The position numbers and the translations under genes are program-made. DNA of 64,000 nt, taken from Erysipelotrichaceae bacterium (lineage in GTDB: Bacteria > Bacillota_I > Bacilli_A > Erysipelotrichales > Erysipelotrichaceae). The DNA lies in NCBI GenBank assembly GCA_017404785.1, contig JAFRBQ010000008.1, positions 104,212 through 168,211 of the forward strand, in the 5' to 3' direction. A model generated the notes under the pieces. The model ran no database searches, was not told the DNA's origin, and saw only the letters and a program-made list of their open reading frames with translations. Shown here in pieces: positions 18,382 through 27,265 of this stretch. Positions within the stretch are counted from its first letter, which is position 1. Every line of letters starts with the position of its first letter.

Positions 18382-19866
18382 ATGGCTGAAACAAGGAAAC
18401 TAATCAATAGGATCAAGGCATTAAGAAAGTCTGCAGATGAAAAGACTGGCCTGCTTTTTGATGAAATAATAAGTACACTGGAAAACAGAAAATACGGCCT
18501 TTATTTTTGTGAAGAAAGAAAAAAAGAGAAGGTCATTGAAGAATGTGAATCAAGAGTTCCGACCCTGATCCTGGATGAAACAAAAACGATCATCAATGAC
18601 GGTGAAGACAACATTCTCATTGAAGGGGACAACTATCATTCCTTGAAAGTATTGAACAGTTTTAATAAGAACGGTATCGATGTCATCTATATCGATCCTC
18701 CATACAATGAGAAGAATTATGACGTCATGTATAGAGACAGCTTTGTCAACTATGATGGAAGCAGACATGACAACTGGCTTTCCTTTATGGAAAAGCGGAT
18801 CAGACTTGCTCATTCCTTATTAAAGGAAGATGGCGTGATGTTTATTTCGATCGATGAGAGTGAAGTAGCCAATCTCAAACTGCTGTGCAATGAGATCTTT
18901 GGTGAAGATAACTTTCTGGTCAATATGGTAGTCATCAATTCGGTGAACGGTATCCAGTATTCCGATGGTTTTGCCAAGCAGCATTCCTATTGTCTGTGTT
19001 ATCAGAAAAGCCCTTCCTTCAAAGTCAATCTGCTGTGTCTTGATGAGGAAGATATCAGAAGAAAATACAATTATGGTGAAGATGAAGCTGGTCCATACTA
19101 TATTGAAAGGCTCTGGAAAAGAGGCATCGGCGGAAGAAAAGAGGATGCTCCGACGATGCACTTTGAAGTCTGGTATAAGGAAGATACCGGTGAGATCCTG
19201 ATCGATGAAGAGATCAAGGGTAAAAATAAAGACGAATATATAAGAATCATCCCATATCACAGCAAGGGTGTTCTTGGCCGATGGGCCTGGTCAAGAGAAA
19301 AGATGATCAAGGACAGAAAACAGCTGATCATCAGAAGATCTCTTGGTGAATATAAACTCTACAAGAAGGTCTATGCCAGTAACGAGAAGGGCAGAAGACC
19401 GCAGTCGATCATTGATCAGAGACTTGGCAGGACGGAACTTGGTTCCAAGGAACTGAACTACATCATGGGTGAAAAGAGTTTTGAATATCCCAAGTATTCA
19501 GGACTCATCAGCTATCTGATCAACCTGCACAGCAATAAAGATGCGGTGGTCCTGGACTTCTTTGCGGGTTCAGGAACGAGCGGACAGGCTGTGCTTGATC
19601 TCAATCATAAAGATAAAGGGAAAAGGCGCTTTATCCTGTGTACGAACAATGAAAACGGGATCTGTGAAAACGTGACATATCAAAGACTCAGGAGTGTCAT
19701 CACCGGGATCAGAAAAGATGGAAGCCGATACTCTGAAGGAAGAAGAGGCAATCTGTATTATCTGAGGACTGCCTTTAAAGATGAGACAGATGATTCAGAT
19801 ACTGTTGATGAAGATATCTTTGAATTTCTAAAAAAGACTAAACATAAGAAAAAAGTGCCCGATTAA
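18382..19866 (+). CDS. site-specific DNA methyltransferase, beta-class N6A/N4C (type III Mod-like), no cognate nuclease nearby
   Basis: Motif IV IYIDPPYN precedes motif I VLDFFAGSGTSGQA. IEGDNYHSLKVL is typical of Mod-like enzymes. Confidence 0.85.
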   Translation: MAETRKLINRIKALRKSADEKTGLLFDEIISTLENRKYGLYFCEERKKEKVIEECESRVPTLILDETKTIINDGEDNILIEGDNYHSLKVLNSFNKNGIDVIYIDPPYNEKNYDVMYRDSFVNYDGSRHDNWLSFMEKRIRLAHSLLKEDGVMFISIDESEVANLKLLCNEIFGEDNFLVNMVVINSVNGIQYSDGFAKQHSYCLCYQKSPSFKVNLLCLDEEDIRRKYNYGEDEAGPYYIERLWKRGIGGRKEDAPTMHFEVWYKEDTGEILIDEEIKGKNKDEYIRIIPYHSKGVLGRWAWSREKMIKDRKQLIIRRSLGEYKLYKKVYASNEKGRRPQSIIDQRLGRTELGSKELNYIMGEKSFEYPKYSGLISYLINLHSNKDAVVLDFFAGSGTSGQAVLDLNHKDKGKRRFILCTNNENGICENVTYQRLRSVITGIRKDGSRYSEGRRGNLYYLRTAFKDETDDSDTVDEDIFEFLKKTKHKKKVPD

Positions 19867-19885
19867 CGGGCACTTCCTTTTGTTT
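19855..19885 (+). terminator. intrinsic terminator
   Basis: GTGCCCG / CGGGCAC stem overlapping the stop codon, followed by TTCCTTTTGTTT. Confidence 0.55.
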
Positions 19886-19901
19886 GTGTTATGTGTTTGT
19901 C

Positions 19902-20588
19902 TTATTTCAGTAATGAAGTAAGAAGACCTAACAGTTCAGAACCATCGGTCTTGCTCTGAGCAGGTTTGCCACCAAGCAGTGTGCTAAGTAAAGCTGCAGT
20001 ATCATTGCTCTGAGTCGGCTTGCTTGAAGTGTTGGAACCTAAGAGGCTTCCCAATAAGCCGGCTGCCGGATTGCTGTAGGTATTGGATACATTGCCACCA
20101 CCTAAAAGTGCAGCGATGTCGGTAAGATCGATACCATCAGAAAGGTCAACAGAAGTACTCTGAGGTTTTGGTTTTGCAGCCTGAGCAGTAGTAGCTGTTG
20201 AAAGCGAGTTCAGAAGAACCGGAGCGACCAGGCTCAACAGTGTACCGATCTGTTTGGCAGATAGACCGGACTGATCAGCCAATGAGCTTAAGATGCTCTT
20301 CTTGTCTTTGCCAAGGATGTGAGAGATGATCTTGTCACCATCAACTTCATCAGCGTTCTTGAGCTGCTGAGAGACAGTCTGAGAGCTGGTGTGCTGACCT
20401 AAAGCGCCTAACAGTGACTGAGCACCTTCCTTCTTGGAAGCGTTCTTGGTCATGTAAGAGATAAGCAGTGGCAGAGCGACCATCAGGATCCTGACGATCT
20501 TTTCAGTCTTGATCCCTGATTTTTTCTCGACCTGTTTAAGAGAATCATCAGTTGTAAGAGTTCCCAATAAAAGTTGCAGTAGATTCAT
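19902..20588 (-). CDS. DUF937-like low-complexity protein
   Basis: Repeated LLG..LG / LLS.L segments and S/T/A/G-rich linkers resemble the DUF937 family. No catalytic motifs. Confidence 0.6.
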   Translation of the reverse strand: MNLLQLLLGTLTTDDSLKQVEKKSGIKTEKIVRILMVALPLLISYMTKNASKKEGAQSLLGALGQHTSSQTVSQQLKNADEVDGDKIISHILGKDKKSILSSLADQSGLSAKQIGTLLSLVAPVLLNSLSTATTAQAAKPKPQSTSVDLSDGIDLTDIAALLGGGNVSNTYSNPAAGLLGSLLGSNTSSKPTQSNDTAALLSTLLGGKPAQSKTDGSELLGLLTSLLK

Positions 20589-20718
20589 TATTTATTTCCT
20601 CCTGTATCTAATAATATTTTAAATCAAATTTGTTTCATTTTCGCATACAATGAAATCACTTTCTGTTTCAGGAAGGCGTTTATAAATACTGGGGCTGATA
20701 ATATGGTAAGATTTAGGT

Positions 20719-22455
20719 ATGTTCAGACTATTAAAAAACTATACAAAAGATGGATGGTGGGCAGCTTTACTGGGACCGATCCTTACGATCCTGGAAGTCA
20801 TCGTTGATGCCTTTATTCCGCTGGTCATGTCCGACATCATTGATATAGGTATCTATAAAATGGGCGGAGATATGAATTATATCCTCAACAAGGGTATCCA
20901 GATGGTCGTGCTGGCTGTTCTGGGCGGTCTGTTAGGAGCTTTGAGCGGCTTGGCATCATCTATCTCTTCGACCCGTTTCATCAGGAATATCCGTTATGCG
21001 ATGTTCTCCAAGATCCAGGAATACAGCTTTGAGAATATCGAGAAATATCCTGTAGCAACCGTCGTCATGCGTCTTACTACCGATATGCGCATGATGCGTA
21101 TGGCCTATGTCAGCATCGTCAGGATGCTGATAAGAGCGCCATTCAACCTCATCGTTTCAACATATTTTGTCTATACCCTGAACAATCGATTGGCAGGGAT
21201 CTTTGCGATCGCCATTCCGGTTCTGGGTTTTGGTCTGATCTTCATCTATTCAAAAGCCCATCCGCGTTTCAGAGAGATGATGCTGAAGTTCGATGCCATG
21301 GATGCCAATCTTGAAGAAAACATCGACGGCATCAGAGTCGTCAAGACTTTTGTCAGGGAAGACTATGAGAATGAGAAATTCGACAAGTCTACCAACAACG
21401 TCATGAAGGCTCAGCGTTTTGCGGAAAATATCGTCATCATCAACAGGCCATTCTTTGAAACCGTCATGTACTGCTGCATGATCGCAATTGCGTGGTTCGG
21501 TGGCAAGGATGTCATTGCCGGAAGCATGTCTACCGGTAATTTCATGGCATTCCTTTCATATGTAAGAGCGATCCTTTTTGCCCTGCTGATGATCTCCAAC
21601 GTCTTCCTTCAGATCGTCATGGCCCAGGCATCAGTCGATCGTGCCAACGAGATCCTGGATGAAAAACCGACGATCTCCGATGAGGATGCCGACCCTGAAG
21701 CCAAGGTCGAAAATGGTTCGATCGAATTTGACAATGTCTCATTCAAGTATTTTGAAAACAGCGAGAAGAATGTTTTAAGCAATATAAATCTCAGGATCGA
21801 ACCGGGTGAAGTCATCGGAATCCTTGGACCTACCGGTTCCAGCAAGTCGACACTTGTCCAGCTCATTCCGCGTCTTTATGATGTTTCGGAAGGTGAGATC
21901 AGAGTTGGCGGCAGACCGGTCAAGGACTACAAGCTCAATAATCTGCGTGATGCGGTAGCGATGGTCTTGCAGAAGAACACACTTTTTACCGGCACGATCG
22001 AAGAGAACATGAAATGGGGCAATCCTGATGCAACTCATGAACAGATCGTTGAAGCCTGCCGATATGCACAGGCCGATGAGTTCATTCAGAACATGCCTAA
22101 GAAATATGAGACCGATCTCGGTCAGGGCGGCGTCAATGTCTCCGGTGGCCAGAAGCAGCGTCTTTGTATCGCTCGAGCTCTGCTCAAGCACCCAAAGATC
22201 ATCATCCTCGATGACTCGACCAGTGCCGTCGATACTGATACCGATCACCGCATCCAGCTGGCTTTGAAGGAAAAACTGGGTGGCATGACGACGATCATCA
22301 TTGCCCAGAGAGTAAGTTCCGTCAAGGAAGCCAACAGGATCATCATCATGGAAGAAGGACAGATCACTGATATCGGAAATCACGAAGAACTCTTGAAGAG
22401 AAACGATGTCTATCGTGACCTTTACAATACACAGATGGAAGGAGCTCTGGAATAA
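20719..22455 (+). CDS. ABC exporter, fused permease/ATPase (heterodimer subunit with a degenerate site)
   Basis: Six-TM domain plus an NBD. Walker A GPTGSSKST, signature VSGGQKQR. Walker B is IIILDDSTS, with Asp in place of the catalytic Glu. Confidence 0.9.
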   Translation: MFRLLKNYTKDGWWAALLGPILTILEVIVDAFIPLVMSDIIDIGIYKMGGDMNYILNKGIQMVVLAVLGGLLGALSGLASSISSTRFIRNIRYAMFSKIQEYSFENIEKYPVATVVMRLTTDMRMMRMAYVSIVRMLIRAPFNLIVSTYFVYTLNNRLAGIFAIAIPVLGFGLIFIYSKAHPRFREMMLKFDAMDANLEENIDGIRVVKTFVREDYENEKFDKSTNNVMKAQRFAENIVIINRPFFETVMYCCMIAIAWFGGKDVIAGSMSTGNFMAFLSYVRAILFALLMISNVFLQIVMAQASVDRANEILDEKPTISDEDADPEAKVENGSIEFDNVSFKYFENSEKNVLSNINLRIEPGEVIGILGPTGSSKSTLVQLIPRLYDVSEGEIRVGGRPVKDYKLNNLRDAVAMVLQKNTLFTGTIEENMKWGNPDATHEQIVEACRYAQADEFIQNMPKKYETDLGQGGVNVSGGQKQRLCIARALLKHPKIIILDDSTSAVDTDTDHRIQLALKEKLGGMTTIIIAQRVSSVKEANRIIIMEEGQITDIGNHEELLKRNDVYRDLYNTQMEGALE

Positions 22456-24344
22456 TGGCTGATACAAATTACAGACAGTTGAGGACATCCAGGGCAAACG
22501 ATGTCGTCGGTACGATCTCCAATACCTTTGCCTATATCAACAGGCACTACAAGCTGCAGTTTACAGCGACGATCATTTTCGTCATCCTGTCTTCGTTTAC
22601 CGGAGTTTTGAGTTCATATCTGTTCACCCCGATCATCAACGATTACATCGTTCCTTATATCGGCAAGGAAAATCCGGATATGAGCGGTTTTGCGAGGATG
22701 CTGGGGCTGATGATCTTCATCTATGTTTCAGGTATCATATCCTCTCTGGCTTTCTCAAAGCTGATCTCGATCGTCTCCACCGGCATGCTCAACGAGATGA
22801 GACAGGATCTGTTCCGGGTCATGGAAAAACTGCCGATCAAGTTCTTTGACCGCAGGACCCATGGTGAAGTAATGAACTACTACACCAACGATATCGATAC
22901 GATCCGTCCGATGATCGCTGATGGTTTCCCGACCCTGATCACGACGATGATCACGATCGTGGGTTGCTTTATCTTCATGTTTATCATCAATGTCAGACTG
23001 GCCTTCATCATGGTCTTTGTTCTGACCGGTATGTTCTATATAACCTACTTCCTGGCCAAGAGTTCCCGAAAGACCTTTGCCGGCCTTCAGCAGCAGATCT
23101 CCAACATCAACGGCTATGCGCAGGAGATGTTCTCTGGCCAGAAGGTCATCAAGGTCTTCAACCATGAAAAGGAAACTCTGCAGGGCTTCAAGAACTTTAA
23201 TGATAAGTTATATGACTATTCCCTGAGGACCAATGCCTATGCTTCGATGCTGATGCCGATCAACGCCAACCTGGCTTATGTCGCCTATGCAGTTGTAGCG
23301 GTAGCCGGTGGCAAGATGTGTATCGATGGTACGATGAAGATCGGTGATCTGGCTTCGTTCCTGCTTTTTGTCAGACAGTTCTCCGGACCGATCTCCAATC
23401 TTTCTCAACAGTTCAACGGCATCATGATGTCCTTGGCTGGAGCTGAAAGAGTCTTCGATCTGATGAACAAGGAACCGGAACTTGACTATGGCATCATTGA
23501 ACTGGTCAATGTTGAAGAAGGAAAAGAAGAGCTCATCGAAACAGACAAGAAGACCAGACGTTGGGCATGGAAGATCCCGCTTGATCCACCGCAGTATATT
23601 GAACTTAAAGGCGATATCCGACTTGACGATGTCACCTTCAGATATGTCGATGGCAAGGATATCCTCAAACACGTATCATTGTATGCCAACCCTGGACAGA
23701 AGATCGCCTTTGTCGGCAGTACCGGTGCAGGCAAGACTACGATCACCAACCTGATCAACCGTTTCTATGATGTTGAAGATCAGGAAGGTCTGATCACCTT
23801 TGATGGCATTCCGATCAAGGAGATCAGAAAAGACGATCTCAGAAGATCAGTCGGTGTGGTACTTCAGGATACCAACCTCTTCTCCGGAACGATCATGGAG
23901 AATATCCGCTATGGCAGACTTGATGCGACCGATGAGGAGTGTATCGCAGCTGCCAAGATAAGTAACGCGGATTCTTTCATCGAAAGGATGCCGCAGGGCT
24001 ATAACACGATGCTTACAGCAAATGGCTCAAATCTTTCACAAGGTCAAAGACAGCTGCTCAACATCGCCAGATGTGCCGTAGCCGATCCGCCGGTCATGGT
24101 GCTTGATGAAGCGACCTCTTCGATCGATACCCATACCGAGAAGCTGATCGAAAAAGGCATGGATGAATTGATGAGAGGCAGAACGACCTTTGTCATCGCA
24201 CATCGACTTTCAACAGTAAGAAATGCTAACGCGATCATCGTCCTGGAACATGGGCAGATCATCGAAAGAGGCAACCATGAAGATCTGATAAAACTTAAGG
24301 GAAGATATTATCAGTTCTATACTGGAAAAGCTCAATTGGATTAA
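22455..24344 (+). CDS. ABC exporter, fused permease/ATPase (heterodimer subunit with a consensus site)
   Basis: TAATG overlap with the upstream gene. Walker A GSTGAGKTT, signature LSQGQRQL, Walker B MVLDEATS. Confidence 0.9.
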   Translation: MADTNYRQLRTSRANDVVGTISNTFAYINRHYKLQFTATIIFVILSSFTGVLSSYLFTPIINDYIVPYIGKENPDMSGFARMLGLMIFIYVSGIISSLAFSKLISIVSTGMLNEMRQDLFRVMEKLPIKFFDRRTHGEVMNYYTNDIDTIRPMIADGFPTLITTMITIVGCFIFMFIINVRLAFIMVFVLTGMFYITYFLAKSSRKTFAGLQQQISNINGYAQEMFSGQKVIKVFNHEKETLQGFKNFNDKLYDYSLRTNAYASMLMPINANLAYVAYAVVAVAGGKMCIDGTMKIGDLASFLLFVRQFSGPISNLSQQFNGIMMSLAGAERVFDLMNKEPELDYGIIELVNVEEGKEELIETDKKTRRWAWKIPLDPPQYIELKGDIRLDDVTFRYVDGKDILKHVSLYANPGQKIAFVGSTGAGKTTITNLINRFYDVEDQEGLITFDGIPIKEIRKDDLRRSVGVVLQDTNLFSGTIMENIRYGRLDATDEECIAAAKISNADSFIERMPQGYNTMLTANGSNLSQGQRQLLNIARCAVADPPVMVLDEATSSIDTHTEKLIEKGMDELMRGRTTFVIAHRLSTVRNANAIIVLEHGQIIERGNHEDLIKLKGRYYQFYTGKAQLD

Positions 24345-24347
24345 AAT

Positions 24348-24379
24348 AGTAACGGGGAAAACCCGTTACTATTATTTTT
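24348..24379 (+). terminator. strong intrinsic terminator
   Basis: AGTAACGGG-GAAAA-CCCGTTACT followed by ATTATTTTT. It ends 1 nt before the queT ATG. Confidence 0.7.
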
Positions 24380-24862
24380 ATGAACAAGAATATCAGAATC
24401 ACCAGGGTGGCGATTCTGGCTGCCATCTATGTAGCATTATGTGCAGTACTGCAGCCTATAAGCTTCGGACCCATTCAGTTCAGGTTTTCCGAAATGCTGT
24501 GTCTTTTGAGCATCGATCAGCTCTGGGCCTTCTGGGGCGTTGTTCTGGGCTGTTTCCTGTCCAATCTCTTCCTAGGTGGATTAGGAATAGTCGATGTTGT
24601 ATTTGGCACGCTGGCGACGTTTATTGCCTGTCTAAGTGCATATTATCTTCGAAACATACGCTATAAGGGATATCCACTGTTAAGTGCCTTTATGATCGCT
24701 CTGATCAATGGTCTTATCATCGGAACGAAACTGGGATTCATCCTTGAAACAAGGAATCTTATCCCGAAGTATATCCTGCAGATATTTATCGGTGAGATAG
24801 TTGTACTGACAATTGGCCTTCCTGTCTATGTCAGGATCAAAGACATGGACTTCATGAAATAG
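24380..24862 (+). CDS. queT: QueT-family queuosine-precursor transporter (ECF S-component-like)
   Basis: 160-aa polytopic protein. The N-terminus RITRVAILAAIYVALCAVLQPISFGPIQFRFSE matches my recollection of QueT. Confidence 0.65.
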   Translation: MNKNIRITRVAILAAIYVALCAVLQPISFGPIQFRFSEMLCLLSIDQLWAFWGVVLGCFLSNLFLGGLGIVDVVFGTLATFIACLSAYYLRNIRYKGYPLLSAFMIALINGLIIGTKLGFILETRNLIPKYILQIFIGEIVVLTIGLPVYVRIKDMDFMK

Positions 24863-24874
24863 AAAAGAAAGCAG

Positions 24875-25723
24875 GTGAAAATATTGAATAAGATTGGATT
24901 AGTACTGGAAGGAGGCGGACTCAGGGGTGTCTTTACTTCAGGAGTCATTGACTGCTTCCTTGATCACGATATCAGATTTGATTATGTAGTAGGTGTGAGT
25001 GCGGGCTGCTGCAACATGTATCAGTATGTGGCAGGTAAAAGAGGCTACTTCAGGAGCTGTATGATCCAGAAGAATCCTTTCAATTCCTTCTATGGCGTAC
25101 CGCAGATGGTCACATCGCACAAATTTGTCGATCTGGACAAGGTCTTTGAAGAATACACCGTTCAGTACGGTTTTTCCTTTGATGATTTTGTAAGCAGCAG
25201 GATAAACTGGGAAGCTGTTGTTTCCAATATCGAAACAGGCAAGGCCGAATACATGAAGACCGATGATCCGCAGATGGCCAAACTCATCGGCAGGGCATCC
25301 TGTTCAATGCCGGGACTTACTTCACCAGTTGAGATCGACAATCAGTTCTATCTTGACGGCGGTATCTGCGATTCGATCCCGGCCGAAAGAGCTTTGAATA
25401 ACGATTGCGACAAACTGGTCGTCGTTCTGACCAGAAAGAAAGGCAACTTCTCAACCTTCAATGAGGCAGCCAAGATCCTATTCCGAAGGATCTATGGCGA
25501 TCATCCGCAGTTTCTGAAGGCCTTGATGGACAGAAATGATCTCTACAGAGATCAGGTCGCCTTATGTGAAGAACTTGAACGCAACGGCAAGGCCATGATC
25601 ATCAGACCGACCATGCAGGAAGTGGGACGTCTTGAATCGAATGAAGATGATCTTTTGCTGTCGTATTACCATGGCTACACCAAGGCCAAGGAGTATCTGG
25701 AAAGTATCAATAGCTGGAAATAG
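24875..25723 (+). CDS. patatin-like phospholipase
   Basis: Oxyanion motif GGGLRG, nucleophile GVSAG and the DGG aspartate motif. The start is uncertain (GTG at 24875 or TTG at 24884). Confidence 0.8.
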   Translation: MKILNKIGLVLEGGGLRGVFTSGVIDCFLDHDIRFDYVVGVSAGCCNMYQYVAGKRGYFRSCMIQKNPFNSFYGVPQMVTSHKFVDLDKVFEEYTVQYGFSFDDFVSSRINWEAVVSNIETGKAEYMKTDDPQMAKLIGRASCSMPGLTSPVEIDNQFYLDGGICDSIPAERALNNDCDKLVVVLTRKKGNFSTFNEAAKILFRRIYGDHPQFLKALMDRNDLYRDQVALCEELERNGKAMIIRPTMQEVGRLESNEDDLLLSYYHGYTKAKEYLESINSWK

Positions 25724-25774
25724 CCTTATTCTGGTAGAATTAAGGCGTGTTCTAAATTAAGGAGGGCACTATAT

Positions 25775-27193
25775 ATGGTAGATAAACAGACTAAGATCGT
25801 ATGTACATTAGGACCGGCTTCGGACAATTATGAAACGATTCTGAAAATGGCACAGGCCGGTATGAATATCGTCAGACTCAACTTTTCCCACGGCACCCAT
25901 GAGGAACATGCCGCAAGGATCGCTTTAGTCAGAAAAGTTGAAAAGGAAAACGGTATCAACCTGGGCATCCTGCTCGATACCAAGGGACCGGAGATCAGAC
26001 TCGGCGACTTTGAAAAGGGTGAGGAAAAATACCAGAAAGGTGAGATCGTCACCATTCAAAGAGAAGATATTCTGGGCAGCCATGATCGTTTCACGATCCA
26101 GTGCAAGGAACTCTTCGATGACGTCAAGAAAGATGACTACATCCTGGTCAATGACGGCAAGCAGCGTCTTACCGTTCTGGAAAATAACGGCAATGAAATG
26201 AAGTGCCGTGTTGAAGTAAATGGCATCCTGGCTTCCAAGAAGGGCTGCAATGTACCGGGCGTAAAACTGTCCATGCCGTTTATTTCGATCAAGGATGATG
26301 AAGATATCAAGTTCGGTTGCGAACATGATGTCGACTTTATTGCCGCTTCATTCGTCAGAAGACCTGAAGATGTTCTGGCGATCAGAAGGATCATCACCCA
26401 GATGGGCAAACCAAAGATCCAGATCATCGCCAAGATCGAAAACCAGGAAGGTTTCGACAACCTGGAACAGATCTTGGAAGTAGCTGACGGTGTCATGGTA
26501 GCCAGAGGCGATCTCGGTGTTGAGGTCGAAACAGCCTATGTGCCTATCTATCAGAAGAAGATAATCAAGGCTGCCAACCGCAAAGGCAAGGCTGTCATCA
26601 CGGCTACCCACATGCTGGATTCAATGACCAGCAATCCACGTTGTACCCGTGCTGAAGCTGCCGATGTTTCCAACGCCGTACTTGACGGTTCCGATGCGGT
26701 AATGCTTTCAGCAGAGACTGCAGCTGGTGAATATCCGGTCGAAGCTGTCGATACGATGGCCAGGATCGCTGCGGCAACGGAAAAGATCATTCCGTACAGA
26801 GAAAATCTTGAACATGCCAAGACGACCAATGACAAGTCGATCCAGGATGCGATCGGTATCGCCATCGCCGATGCGACTCTTACTCTTGATATCTCAGCGA
26901 TCGTCATCTTCACGCAGGGTGGTACGACCGCCAGAAGGATCTCGAAATACCGTCCACCTGTACCAATCTTTGCGGTGACTTTCACAAAATCAACGCAGGG
27001 CAAACTGGAAGTATACTGGGGCGTTAAGCCGATCCTTTCCTATGTGGAAAACAATATGACCAACGATGACGAACTCGCATCAAGTGTCGTGAAGTCCTAT
27101 GGCATCAAGCCTGGCTCACAGATCATCCTGTCTGCCGGTTATCCGACCGGTGAAGGTAGTGCCAACTTCATGAAGATCATCACTGTTAAATAA
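25775..27193 (+). CDS. pyk: pyruvate kinase
   Basis: GGAGGG RBS. KIVCTLGPAS, NFSHG, MVARGDLGVE. Confidence 0.95.
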   Translation: MVDKQTKIVCTLGPASDNYETILKMAQAGMNIVRLNFSHGTHEEHAARIALVRKVEKENGINLGILLDTKGPEIRLGDFEKGEEKYQKGEIVTIQREDILGSHDRFTIQCKELFDDVKKDDYILVNDGKQRLTVLENNGNEMKCRVEVNGILASKKGCNVPGVKLSMPFISIKDDEDIKFGCEHDVDFIAASFVRRPEDVLAIRRIITQMGKPKIQIIAKIENQEGFDNLEQILEVADGVMVARGDLGVEVETAYVPIYQKKIIKAANRKGKAVITATHMLDSMTSNPRCTRAEAADVSNAVLDGSDAVMLSAETAAGEYPVEAVDTMARIAAATEKIIPYRENLEHAKTTNDKSIQDAIGIAIADATLTLDISAIVIFTQGGTTARRISKYRPPVPIFAVTFTKSTQGKLEVYWGVKPILSYVENNMTNDDELASSVVKSYGIKPGSQIILSAGYPTGEGSANFMKIITVK

Positions 27194-27196
27194 GCT

Positions 27197-27229
27197 AAAA
27201 ATAAGCTGAGCGATTCAGCTTATTTTTTT
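27197..27229 (+). terminator. intrinsic terminator
   Basis: ATAAGCTGA / TCAGCTTAT stem followed by T6. Confidence 0.7.
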
Positions 27230-27265
27230 ATATGACAAAAAATACTAGAATATAGATACAGGTTT

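Noticed and set aside
18058-19866. A complete restriction-modification, type III or BREX-like defence locus.
   Set aside because: No Res, endonuclease, helicase, PglZ or similar gene lies within several kb on either side. Only the methyltransferase and the small RHH gene lie between housekeeping genes.
21775-22497. 240-aa reverse-strand ORF, the longest antisense ORF in the track.
   Set aside because: It lies entirely antisense to a well-supported ABC exporter NBD. It has no RBS and a low-complexity translation. It is explained by GAT/ATC/GAA-rich codon usage, which leaves the complement free of stops.
24348-24379. The hairpin before queT as a preQ1-I riboswitch.
   Set aside because: The loop is only 5 nt (GAAAA). 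The stem is 9 bp and is followed by a T-run instead of the A-rich ...AAAAAACUA tail. It fits an intrinsic terminator for the upstream exporter gene.
24875-25723. The patatin-like phospholipase as a defence effector (CBASS CapE-like).
   Set aside because: It is a solitary gene between queT and pyk, with no cyclase or sensor partner. It is more simply a housekeeping lipase.
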